Counted from the stretch's first letter, positions 1 through 12,116 are shown. The stretch is 64,000 bases of DNA from the human T2T-CHM13v2.0 reference genome, Homo sapiens (GCF_009914755.1 NC_060934.1), one strand, 5' to 3'. Notes: generated by a model from the sequence alone, not told the origin. Made by a program: numbers and translations.

Positions 1-91
1 CCCCCGTGGCCTCCCAGCTGCAGGCCTAGGCATCCCCAAGGCTGTCCTTCCATCTGCCCACACTGCCCCATGCCTTCAGTGCACAGCTCAC

Positions 92-211
92 CTGCCTCAC
101 CATGTCCTCATAGGCCTGGATAGCGGCCTGCTGGCTGGAAACCTCATTAAACTTGCCCGGGAAGGGCCCAGTGCTGCCCGTGGCCAGGATAAGATGAGAG
201 AAGGGCAGGGC
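92..211 (-). CDS. AIFM2: AIFM2/FSP1 coding exon 4 (aa 99-138)
   Basis: Minus strand: T-tract-ggtttctctcag|GCC...CAG|gtgagc. 120 nt, phase 0/0, encodes [40 protein letters not shown] with the flavoprotein 'ATG' motif. Later exons lie outside the window. Confidence 0.96.
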
Positions 212-223
212 CTGAGAGAAACC

Positions 224-249
224 AAAAAAAAAAAAAAAAAAAAAAAAAA
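224..249 (-). repeat. T26 mononucleotide tract serving as polypyrimidine tract of AIFM2 exon 4
   Basis: 26 A on the plus strand, ending 12 nt before the exon start at 211. Confidence 0.9.
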
Positions 250-982
250 GATGAGGGTAGGGCAGGGCAGGGCAGGCCTAGGCCTCTGCATCCTACTCCC
301 GGCCTGCCAGCCGGGACAAACCAGGCAAAGAGGCCCCTCTAGGCACCCGAGGCAGCCCCCATGGGAGGGGGTGAAACCACCACACTGGTTAGCCCAAAGG
401 ATGGCACTAGAACCTGGGGAAAGACCTAAGGAAGTAGAGTTTACCTCCGCGTGGAGAATGTGGGGGCAACTGGAGCCACCCAGCATGGCAGTGGGAGGGG
501 TGCCTGGAAGCAGGAGGCAGGGCTGCAGGATAGGACACTGCCCACGGGAGTTAGCTCAGAACCTCCCGGGTGTTTTAGAAGAACCCTCCTCCTGCCTCCG
601 CCAGGAAGAAAAGAAAGGGAAAGAAAGAAAGACTGATCAGTAGTGGCATCACATCTGTGAACAGCCACTGCACTGAGCAACATACCAAGACCCCATATTA
701 ATTTAATTTTTAAATTAAAAATAAATAATAAAATAATTTAATTTTTATTAAATATTTTATTAAAAAATAATTTAATTTTTTTAAATTAAAAATAAAAAAA
801 ATTTTAGGCCGGGCACAGTGGCTCACACCTGTAATCCCAGCACTTTGGGAGACCAAGGCGGGCGGATCACCTGAGGTCAGGAGTTTGAAACCAACCTGAT
901 CAACATGGCAAAATCCCATCTCTACTAAAAATACAAAAATTAGCTGGGCGTGGTGCCATGCGCCTGTAATCCCAACTACTCA

Positions 983-1087
<105 letters not shown>

Positions 1088-2401
1088 TCAAAAACAATTA
1101 AAAAAAATTTTTTTTAATTAAAAAAATTGTAAACAAAGAAAAGGAAATCTTGTTTGGAGCCTAAATATATAAAGTTGACAAAAACAGAGCTGCTCCAATG
1201 GGAGGGGCTGGAGGGCCTGGACTCCACTCAGCCCCTACTTTCCCCTGAACCTCCAAGATGCCCTCATGGAATCTTCCAGGGCTCTGAAACGCATGGCTGG
1301 AGACTGCAGGACCAGGGGACACTCAGTAATCTTTCCAACCAGGAAACTATCTGGCCCCATTAATTCAAGAAGGGCTGGGTCACACGAAATCACAACTCAT
1401 CAAGGAAAGGAATTGTGTTTCCTTTTGTCAACGCCCCCTTAGCTTCAAACACCAAATGGGGCTGGGCTGGACATGACACTCATCCAGAGCTGGTGGCAGC
1501 TTATCGATGGAGCTGAAGTCATGGCAGGTGTGTTCCAGGCTCCATGATGCACATGTGAGGTGGGGGAACACACAAATGAGTGAAGGGAAACCTCTGCCCC
1601 AGTGACGTCCCGATCCGGGGGATGTGGGACCATGCGTGTGCCTTTTTGTTCTAGACAGAGCCGAGGGCTGGCCAGGCCTGGGAGTTGTCTGGGACGCTGG
1701 CTTTTAGAGCATGGGCTCTGGGCTAAAATTGCATGGGTTCAAATCCTAGTTCAGTCTCTTACCAGCTGTGGGATCTTAAGCAAGCCATTTAACCCTTTAG
1801 CTTCTCTGTAAAATGAAGTTATACCACCTTCGCCATAGAGGCACGGTAAACATTCATGAGACTTACGTAAAGGCTACAAACAGGGCCTGGCATGCAGGAA
1901 TTACACAAGAAATATCTGCCACCATATTCTTGTGGTTGCTGTGGTCAAGCCTTTGTTTATGAGGAATCCGCTATCTGCCCAGCACCAGGCAGGGCTTGGG
2001 GCTCACAGACAGCATTCTCTTTTTTTTATTTTTATTTTTTGAGATGGAGTCTCTGTCTGTCACCCAGACTGGAGTGCAGTGGTGCAATCTCAGCTTACTG
2101 GAACTTCCACCTCCGAATTCAAGCAATTCTCCAGCCTCCTGAGTAGCTGAGATTACATGCGCCCACCACCACACCCAGCTAATTTTTGTATTTTCAGTAG
2201 AGACAGGGTTTTGCCATGTTGGGCAGGCTGGTCTCAAACTCCTGACCTCAGGTGATCCGCCCGCCTTGGCCTCCCACAGTGCTGAGATTACAGGTGTGAG
2301 CCACCGCCCCCAGCCTAGCTCTCTCTTGACCCTGGAGGATCCCGCCCAGGCCCTGCAGAGGGCCCTTGAGCCAGCTGGCAGCCGGGCTGGCCCTCACTCA
2401 C

Positions 2402-2517
2402 CTCGCCACCCTGCAGCAGCACCATCTGGTTCTTCAGGTCTATCCCCACTACTAGCCCCTGCCGGAAGTTGTCCTTGAAAGTCACCGAGTAAGAAATGAA
2501 TGTCTTTTTGGCGAACC
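2402..2517 (-). CDS. AIFM2: AIFM2/FSP1 coding exon 3
   Basis: ttccccag|GG TTC GCC...GGC GAG|gtgagt. 116 nt, (G)[38 protein letters not shown]. 178+116=294 nt, in phase with neighbouring exons. Confidence 0.96.
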
Positions 2518-2903
2518 CTGGGGAAGGGACACAGAAGAGGTCATAGGGCAGAGCCAGGCTGCCCACGGGAAGCCAGAGTGACTCAGAACCTTTCACGAGC
2601 TGCAAACCAACAGGGGTGCCCTTGACCAAAGCGTCGGGCCATTAGGTATGCCTGGGGTACCCCTACTTCCTAAAATGCCAATCTGGGCCTCAGACCGTCA
2701 GAAAAGCTCAAGCTTTTACTTCTAGGGTCTCATTGTGGTGGCTACTTAAGACCAAAGACCTTGAGCTTCTCCAGAACTTGTCTGACAGTGGAATGCAGGC
2801 ACTTGGCCCTAAATGGAGAAAACCACCCCCAGCCCTAAAATCAAGCCCCAGAGCAGAGACAAGACCCCCCTCACAGAGACAGCCCCAGACGGGAGCACAT
2901 TAC

Positions 2904-3081
2904 CTGTCTCCACGGAGGCTCGGAGAGCAGCCACATTGTGGTGGAAGGAGTCCTTCATGTCCACCAGCATGAAGGGGACGTTCAGGGCCTGCAGCTGGCT
3001 GGCTGCTGCGATCCCGCCAAAGCCCCCACCCACAATCACCACGTGCAGAGCTCCCGATTCCACCGAGACCTGGGACCCCAT
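2904..3081 (-). CDS. AIFM2: AIFM2/FSP1 first coding exon (exon 2), ferroptosis suppressor protein 1
   Basis: ATG at 3081, [27 protein letters not shown]... with myristoylation motif MGxxxS and Rossmann GxGxxG. Donor ACA G|gtaat after 2904. Acceptor CAGCAG at 3100-3095. Confidence 0.97.
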
Positions 3082-3882
3082 CTCAAATCAGGCACTGCTG
3101 GGAAGAAAGAGGAGAGCATATCAGAGTCAGGGAGGCTGGGAGGGCTGGGAGGACCCACAGTGAGAGAGGCCTCGATCATGAATTGACCTTTTTAGATGAG
3201 GTAAATCTTTGATTAATGAAACTCCAATTTTATAAAATTTGAATTAAATTCAGAAGGAACAAGGGGGTATCCCACTTCCAGCCCATTCCCCAAACACCAA
3301 GTTCCCTTCTCCAGAGGCATCCACTGTTACGTAACAAGTTTGGATGACTCCTTCCAGAGATAGTTTATGCAACTATAATCACGATTATTTTTTGCACCCA
3401 TTAAACAAAGTGTTCTGCACATTTGTTTTTTACTTGATATATTCCATCAAAGACTTTTGGGAGAGATTGCAGTGGGGCAGGAGGAAAAAAAAGACTTTTG
3501 AAGAGGGGAATAATGTTCACTCAACAACATATATGAATTGAACTCCTGCTTTTTGACATGCTCTGTGTTGTGTATCCTGTGGTCAGACAGGCAGATATGG
3601 TCCCTGCCCTTATAAGGGCAGACCTTACAAAGTCAAAGAACCAGGTGGGCAATGTCAATGATGTGAGAAGCTGGGAAAAGGTGCAATAACAAGAAACAGT
3701 GGGCACACCTGTGGGGAACCAGCAAGCATAGGCCACATCTAAAGGAACAACAAAAAACATTCTTTAAGCACTGCACTAAACAAACACCGCAACCAGATTC
3801 AGCCCAGCTCACAGGTCACCAACTTAAGGTCCAGGTCTAAGGAGGTCAATTAGCAGGTTACGACAAGAATCCTGCAAAATTC

Positions 3883-4215
3883 TGCTTCTAGGGTTTGAAT
3901 ATGTCTCCCAAAAAGGAACAGTGTTAAGAGGTGGGGCCTAATCGGAGGTGTTTGGGTCATACGGTCTCCACCCTCATGAATGGATTAATACCAATTATAA
4001 AAGGGCTTTGAGGCTGCAAGTTCAAGCTCTTCCTCTCTCTCGCTCTCTCTTTTGCCTTCCACCATGGGATGACTCAGCATGAAGGCCCTCACCAGACACT
4101 GGGCCCTTGATCTTGGACTTCCCAGCCTCCAGAACCATGAGCCAATACATTTCTGTTCATTATAATTACCTAGTCTGTAGTATTCTGCTGTAGCAGCAGA
4201 AAACAGACTAAGACA
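3883..4215 (+). mobile_element. MaLR solo LTR (MST/MLT1A-like)
   Basis: TG..CA ends, ggtttgaat start, 'gccttccaccatgggatgac...aaggccctcaccaga', 'cttggacttcccagcctccagaac', terminal 'agactaagaca'. Confidence 0.8.
4069..4079 (+). promoter_or_regulatory. second perfect ARE motif, inside an intronic MaLR LTR
   Basis: ATGACTCAGCA. Motif match only. Confidence 0.45.
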
Positions 4216-4243
4216 AATGTGGTGTGAACTAAGACTGTGATCA

Positions 4244-4669
<426 letters not shown>

Positions 4670-7600
4670 TCAAACTCCTGGGCTCAAGTGATCCTCCCAC
4701 CTCAACCTCCCAAAGTGCTGGGATTACAGGCATGAACCACTGCACCCAGTCCCCATTTCTTTGTATGACCTCAAGATGGTATATAAGCTTCTGTACCTCT
4801 TTTGGGGGTCGGGTCTTCCTTCTGAAGGCTCCTGTGTATACACACATTAAATAAATTTATATTTTTATATTTGTATAAAGTTGCCTTTTATCCAACTCAA
4901 CAGCCTTGGGCCCTACAGCAGCAAAGTTGCCTGGGCTCCCCAAGCCAGCCTGGAAGGCTGGTAAACAGGGTTACCTGTGCATCCCAGAGTCTGCCCCAGA
5001 CAGAGGAGGGCCCAGGGGCTGGCCTGGGGCTGCACCAGAGGCCTTGCCTCCAGCCCAGCAGAACCCCAAATTAGGATGCTTGCAGTGTGGGCCTCAGGCA
5101 GGCAGAGGGCTGCTGGTGTGGGAGGAGCCGCACAGCCCATTGAGGGGCACTCTTGACTGCAGCTGAGACCCTGAGAGGTGACAAGCAATCAACCCTCCTC
5201 CTGGCCTGTGCTGAGCCCTAAAGAGAGGCAGAAATAAGCCAGGCTGCTGGGGGGAGATGCTGAGAAAAAGAAACAAAACTCACACTATACAGAAAGCAGC
5301 CCCAGAGGCTCAACAGCTGCTGTGGGCTTCAGGAAGGGGGACTGGAGCGGGTGTCAGCGAAGGAGGAAGTAGACTCTGAGGTCAACCTTGAAGGATAGAC
5401 ATCAAGCCACTGAACAGCCTCATAAGGAAGTGTGTTCCAGCTCATCTGGGACCCTCAGGCCGCTGGAAGGCCACTGCACTGCCCTGATCTTCTTTGCGGG
5501 TCTGGGGCACAACCCCTTCCCTCTCTAGGCCTCAATTTACCCCCTATAATGGGAGGGGACTATAAGGCCCAACCAGCTATAATATCCTGAGCTGTCCTCG
5601 TACACACTGGTTTCCAAGACATGGTGGTGGTTCCCCAAGACGGTCCCCAAATCATCCCACACTTATGGGGCAGCTTTTGGTTAGAACTCCGGGCACTGTT
5701 CCCATTGGTGTTCAAATGCCCACTGCCTAACTTCTCCCCTGGGGGCGGACAGTAGAGCGGACGGAGGGCACTGACACAATGGATTGGAGGGAATTTAAAG
5801 TTGTTTCTCGTGGGTCAAATGGTCCCCAAAGCATTGAGGCTTGAACATACCCATTTCACAGATGAGGAGGCTGAGCCCTCGTAGAGATTAGGACCCAAGA
5901 CAAGCCCCCCGGCAGGCAGGGCCACCCTGGCTCCTCTAAGCCCTCAGAAGGGTTGTCTAGAGCTAATCCCAAGCGTACCTCAGGCTGAATCTGCCAACTG
6001 GGCCAGAAGGGAATGTCTCCTAGGGACCAGGACCCAGGAGGGCCCACAGGCCCAGCCAGAGGTAGCAGTGCACACCAGGAGCTGCGCAGGGCCTGAGAAT
6101 GTAGGCAGTGATGAGGCAGGCCGTGGGTGGCGTGTGTTTCACCAGCCCCTGGCAGCGTGCAACCCTCTGTGCTGGGTCTTACCCTTGGGGCTGTCAGCCA
6201 GGGATGAGGTCAAGAAAACACCCAGAAAGCCCCACTTCCAAGTTAGCTGGGCATGGCCCCTGAGAGGGGCTACGCAGCTGGCCGGGGATAGGGACAGGGG
6301 AGTCCACTGTGCGTCAGGTCACACTGGAGCACCCAGGGACACTCAAAAAGGACAGCCTAGAGCCCTGAAAAAGAGCTGAGATCAGGGGGCCTTCCTAGCA
6401 GAGGAAACAACTTGGGCCAGAGGCCCAGTGGCAGGAAGGGAGGAGGCAGGTAGAGTTCAGGGCACCTGTGGCAGAAGGTGGAGAGGCTTAGAGGACAGGT
6501 GACAGGGGCCGACAGACAGACAGCCTGCCATGCCAGGGCAGCTTTGACAATCAGGTGGACATACAAGCCTGCTCCGGGCCCTTCATGGGGTTTCCTCCAG
6601 GGAAAGAAAGTCTAGTGACCCCAGAGTGGACCTCAGGGGCAATGAGTTGACCAAAGGAGCCAAGCCCTTGACCCCCAGGCCCCTAGTATCATCAACCTGC
6701 TTCCCCGAAAGGGCAAACTCTTGCCTCACCCAAGGAAGGCAAATTGCTTATCTGGGGTTCCCTGTGAAGGGCCTGGGGCCTGAGGGGACACCCAGACCAG
6801 AGCAGGGCCAGGGAGGGGAGGCACTTTTCCTCTTCAGGCTGCCTGAGGCCTCTCCTGCAATCTGCTCTCTCTCTCTTCTCTCTCCTCTACTGACCCCTGC
6901 CACGCTTACTTGTGGAATAGGGAGGCCAGTGACTCTCCAGCAGATTTCACCCTGCCTCTTTGGCAGCCCCTTGCCCAATACTCTTGGACATGCCGACTCT
7001 CTTTGGCTCTGCCAGTGTCGGTTCTTGCCTGGCCCCAGAAAACAGTGAACTCCCCTCTGCTTGGCCATGATCTACTTGGCCAGACACCTAAAGCAAGGGC
7101 TTAAGCCATGGAGCTGCATTTCCAGCCACACACCCTGTAGGAGATGAAAATGCACGTATGGAATTAGTGGATGCCCAGTTGTATGTTCTAACATAGCAGT
7201 AGTGCTGTGCAAACCTCCACCTGTGTGACACTCCATCAATCAATGGAAACTGCCACCAATGAGAGGCTACAGGATAAAATATTATAAACCCATACAATGC
7301 AGTACTGTGTAGCCAGTTGTTTTTAAAGGGTGAGTGATGTTTTGTTTTGTTTTTGAGATGGAGTCTCACTCTATTGCACAGGCTGGAGTACAGTGGCTCA
7401 ATTTCAGCTCACTGACTGCAACATCTGCCTCCTGAGTTCAAGCAATTCTCCTGCCTCAGCCTCCCAGGTAGCTGGAACTACAGGCATGTGCCATCATGCC
7501 CGGCTAATTGTTTTTTGTATTTTTAGTAGAGTCAGGGTTTCGCCGTGTCGGCCAGGCTGGTCTCGAACTCCTGACCTCAAGTGATCGGCCTGCCTCGACC

Positions 7601-7695
7601 TCCCAAAGTGCTGGGATTATAGGTGCGAGCCACTGTGCCCAGCCTGTGAATGACGTTTTTATACAAAAAGTCTGTCCATGAAAAAGTCAGGCAAG

Positions 7696-7970
7696 GGCTG
7701 GGTGTGGTGGCTCCTGCCTATAATCCTAGCACTTCGGGAGGCAAAGGCAGGAGGACTGCTTGAGCCCAGGAGTTTGAGGCTGCAGTGAGTAACTTTACCT
7801 TTGCTCCCTCCCACAACACACACACACAAAGACACACATACACAATCTGATTTACACAAAACATGTTTTCAAGGTTCATCCAAGTTGTAGCATGGATCAG
7901 TGCTTCATACCACTGCACTTCGGCCTGGGCAACAATGTGAGACCCTGTCTCAAAAGTAAAAAAAAGAAAA
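7696..7970 (+). mobile_element. Alu monomer (FAM/FRAM-like) interrupted by a ~120-bp templated insertion
   Basis: TSD GAAAAAGTCAGGCAA at 7680-7694 and 7971-7985. Non-Alu insert at 7788-7908. Confidence 0.8.
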
Positions 7971-9194
7971 GAAAAAGTCAGGCAATATTTATTTATTTAT
8001 TTACTTATTTTTAATTTTCTTAGGGACAGGGTCTTGCTCTATCACCCAGGCCAGAATGCAGTGGCATGATCATAACTCATTATAACCTTGAACTCCTGAG
8101 CTGGCTAATTTTTTTTTTTTTTTTGTAGAGATGAGGGTCTCACTATGTTGCCTAGGCTGATCTTGAACTCCTAGCCCCTCAAGGGATCCTCCTGCCTTAG
8201 CCTCCCGAAGCACTGGAATTACAGGGGTAAGCCACTGTGATTTCGAGCTGTAGAAAAGATTCAATGAGATCATTTACGTAAAGCATTTTAGCATGGTGCC
8301 TGGCACACAGTAGCAATGAATACACAGCAGCCACGTTTTATATATATATATATAAAATATATGTTGCAGATTAGTTTGCCCAGTCCCAAAAAGTCAGGCC
8401 ACAGAACCACATGAAAGATCTAATCCCATTTATGGCCAATAAGACACATCCACCTCGGTATGTATACACATATACAGGTAATGATTACAGCAGTTAGCAT
8501 CTGTTGCACTTTTGCCCATATCTTCGATTTAAGGTATGAGTTTTTTCTCCTTATTTTGGAAAAAAGTTCAACAACTTGCCCAAGTTCAATTCTCAACACA
8601 TCAAACCTGCTGTCTGAACCAAAGTGCTAATAGTGGTCATAGATAATGTTTTCATTTTCTTCCTTAAGCTTTTGTATTGTTTGAATTTTTTTCAAACAAG
8701 CATATGTCATTTTTGCAGAAATAATGTCTTTAATAATAGGACAGACCGCTTACCATCTAATTTTTTAATCAAAATAGAATTCACATATACAATTTACCAC
8801 TTAAGATGTAAGTTCACAGTGAGCTATGATTGCACCACTGCACTCCAGCCTAGATGAGACCCCATCTTTTAAAAAAAAAAAAATGAGATGTAGGCTGACT
8901 CACACCTCTAATCCCAACACTTTGGGAGGCCAATGCAGGCAGATTGCTTGAGCTCCGGAGTTCCAGACCAGCCTGGGCAATATGGTGAAACCCCATCTCT
9001 ACAAAAAATACAAAAATTAGCCAGGCATGGTGGCACATGCCTGTGGTCCCTGATATCAGGAGGCTGAGGTGGGAGGATCGCTTGAGCCTAGGAGGTCGAG
9101 GTTGCAGTGAGGCATGATCATGCCACTGCACTCTAGCCTGGGCGCCAGAGCAAGACTCTGTCTCAAAAAAAAATTTTTTTTAATTTAAATTTCA

Positions 9195-9725
9195 AAAAAA
9201 GATGTAAGTTCAGTGGGTTTTAGTGTATTCACCAGGTTGTGCAACCATCACAACTATCTAATTCCAGAACACTTCCATCACCCCCAAAATAAATCCTGTA
9301 CCCCACCTACCCTAGCCCTGGGTAGCTACTAATGTTCTTTCTGTCTCTATAGATTTGTCTGTTCTAGACAATTCATGTAGATGGAATTATACACTATGTG
9401 GCTTTTTGTTTGCGACGTCTTCCACTGATCATCATGTTTTCAAGGTTCATCCGAGTTGTAGCATGTTATCAGTGCTTCATTCCTTTTCCTGGCTGAAAAA
9501 CAGTCCATTACTGGTGTATGAATAGACCACATTTTGTTTATCCACTCATCAGCTGACGGGCACTTGGGTTGTTTCCACCTTTTGACTATGTGAATAACGC
9601 CACTATGAACATTTGTGTACAGGTTTTTGTGTGAACCAGTCTTCAGTCCTCTTTAGTATATATTTAGGTATGGAATTGCTGGGTCATATGGTAACTTGAA
9701 GTTTAACTTTTTGAGGAACTGCTAA
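9195..9725 (-). mobile_element. old L1M (L1MB-like) 3'-end fragment
   Basis: Typical L1 3'UTR antisense text, e.g. 'ggaattgctgggtcatatggtaac', 'ttgggttgtttccaccttttgact'. Confidence 0.75.
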
Positions 9726-11715
9726 ATCCACCATCTGATTTTGAACTGAACACCAAAGCCCCAGTGGGAATCACAGAGAATCTTAACTATGTCTGTCTAG
9801 GTTCAAGAATGTTAGCTTAAAAGAAGGCCTAAGAGAGCGGAACAAACCCTGATTGTCCGGGAACCCCTCAGTAACTTTACCTTTGCTCCCTGCCACAACA
9901 CACATACACACAGACACACACACACACAATCTGATTTACACAAAAATTTGCTCAGTCAATCCTGTTTTCTCTGCCAAGAGCATCCACCCTGATCTCAAGG
10001 GTATTATTCCACAATAAGCAGCCCATAGGACTACTGAAAAACCAGGAAGTTACATTTATGCCAAAGCTGTTCAGAGGTTGTGCCTCAGAAGACACACAGC
10101 AGGAACCGTGTGGGCTCTGATCAAAGCAAGAATGTCATCCCAGAGTTGCTCCAGTATTGCTTCACAAATATTACAAATAAAACACGATGCTTTTTGAGTC
10201 GTCATGGCTCACACAAAGGGTAGGTTTCAACATCAGCCTCTGGAGAGCCACATTCCCAGAGTGGCCGTCCCGGATAAGAAGGCCACTACAGCACGACTCA
10301 CAGCACCATGGAGGTTTCCTCCACCTGCGGGACACAGCAGGATGGAGACGGTTGGGCGGCCTCCCTTCCTGGGACACTCCATGGCCAGCCCCTCAGGGAC
10401 TACTTGAAGAACAGAACCCCCAAAAGACCAGTTTCTGAAAAGGGACTCAAAGTCTAAGGGAGGCAGCCTCCTTTTATCCCCAGGGGAGGGCAGCTCTGGG
10501 GCAGACAGGTTCATCTGGATGTCATATTCACTCCCGCACAGAAAACCTAGGCCAAGCAATTTGTCCATCCTCCTCAGAGCCAGTTTTGTGGTCCCCATGG
10601 TCTGCCCACCACCTGTACCTGGACGCTGGCTTCATTTGGCCACCAGACAAAAGTCAGGCTGGCCCTGGAGTCCACCGGCCTGCCCAGCCCATCACTTCTG
10701 GGCTAGGTAGTGCTAAGCCTGCCCAGCCCACCCTGGCTGGGGCTCAGTGCCCTCTTCTTGGTGACACACTGTGCTCCTTGGAGAACTCCTCTCTAGGTGC
10801 TGGGGTGAGGGCAGGTGTGATCTGAGATCCCGGGGCTCTCTGGCAGGTGCATGCACGCACACTGGAACCTGATACAGGCTTTTGAACACAGGTGCACAGT
10901 CCAGAAACCTGCAAGTCCCATCCCAAACTATATCTGACTCTCTGCCCTATGCCTGTCCTCCTACAGGATCATCAGCCCCCAAGAGACCTCACCACTCCCC
11001 ATCCTCACCTTAAATTCCAGGGTCAAAAAGACTCTCCTTGTAGGGAAAGGTAGGGTGTGTTGATCAGGTGGTGTTGGAAGGAGAGCCCCAATATAGGCCA
11101 CTAATTCAGTTCCAGGTGGACTGCACGCGTCCCATCAGAGTTAGTTTACTCACCGCTGGTCTTTGTCCCTGCAGCACCCAGGGCTTCGGGAAGGGAGAAG
11201 CAGACTTCCTAGTGCTGCACCCCCCAGCTCCCCCGAGCCTATGGGCACTGGGTTGACTCCAGTTTCTTTCCTCTTAGAGACTGAGGTTTCTCCCTTTCCT
11301 CTCACACCTGCTTCTGTCCGGACCGGCCGCTTCTACCCAGCGGACCCTCGGACGGTCCTCGCAAGATCCGGGTTACACCCGCCCCGTGTTCCCTCTTCCC
11401 CGGTTCGCCCTTCCCGGCCTAAGCCCATCTTCCTTAGGGAAACTTAGCAGGGATTTAGGGGCCAAACCAGGAGGGTGGAGTTTTCTTTGCCCTCGGCCAG
11501 GAGCACATCTCCCTGTTGCGTTTTTTGGGGGAGACAGAGAGGGGCGGGCCTGAGTCGAGTATCCCTCTCCTCGCAGCGCCACAACTGCGCGCACCGACCT
11601 CCCCACGCCAGACGCGGCGTGAGCCAGGCCTCTAATCCGCTCGCCCCTCTTCCGGGTCCCGGTCCCGCCCGGGGCGCCCGGGGTCTCGAGAGCCCGCCTG
11701 GCGGCGCGATCTCAC

Positions 11716-11807
11716 CTGTCGGCCGCGCCCGCGCGCTCTCGCTCCGGCTCCCGCTCCCGCTCCCGCTCCCGCTTGGTCGTCTTCCCGAGTTACTGACCCG
11801 AGGCGCT
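11716..11807 (-). other. AIFM2: AIFM2 non-coding exon 1 (5' end approximate)
   Basis: Donor CAG|GTGAGA after 11716 inside the CpG island, directly downstream of a GC box and ARE. The TSS cannot be read exactly from sequence. Confidence 0.75.
11747..11770 (-). repeat. (GGGAGC)4 hexamer repeat in the AIFM2 5'UTR, G4-capable
   Basis: Plus strand (GCTCCC)4 with a degenerate fifth unit at 11741-11746. Confidence 0.9.
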
Positions 11808-11819
11808 CCCGGGCGGGGC

Positions 11820-11830
11820 GTGACTCAGCA
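11820..11830 (+). promoter_or_regulatory. ARE (NRF2/sMAF, BACH1) with embedded AP-1 site
   Basis: GTGACTCAGCA is an exact RTGACTCAGCA consensus match. FSP1 is an established NRF2 target. Confidence 0.8.
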
Positions 11831-12075
11831 CTCGTGCTGGTCCCCGACCCCGCGGCAACGCCCCGGCCAGGCCCCGGAAACGGTCCTGGCACGCTGGGGC
11901 TGGTCTCCGAACGGCCCGCCGGACTAACCTTGACCCTGAGCGAACGGCCTTGAACTTTGAAACAAATGCTCCCATGGCCAGATGTCGCCTCTCCGGCTCC
12001 TGCCAGCACCCGCGCCCCAGTCCTGCCGAGCCATTCAGACTTGGTTTAAAGTGTCCTTTCAGCATACTTTAAAGC

Positions 12076-12079
<4 letters not shown>

Positions 12080-12112
<33 letters not shown>
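12080..12112 (+). repeat. (AG)n microsatellite upstream of the AIFM2 promoter
   Basis: About 16 AG units seen directly. Confidence 0.9.

Positions 12113-12116
<4 letters not shown>

Larger units (their letters stand above)
11300..12030. promoter_or_regulatory. AIFM2: AIFM2 CpG-island promoter
   Basis: High GC and CpG density, GC boxes (e.g. GGGCGGGGCG 11811-11820). Bounds approximate. Confidence 0.9.
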
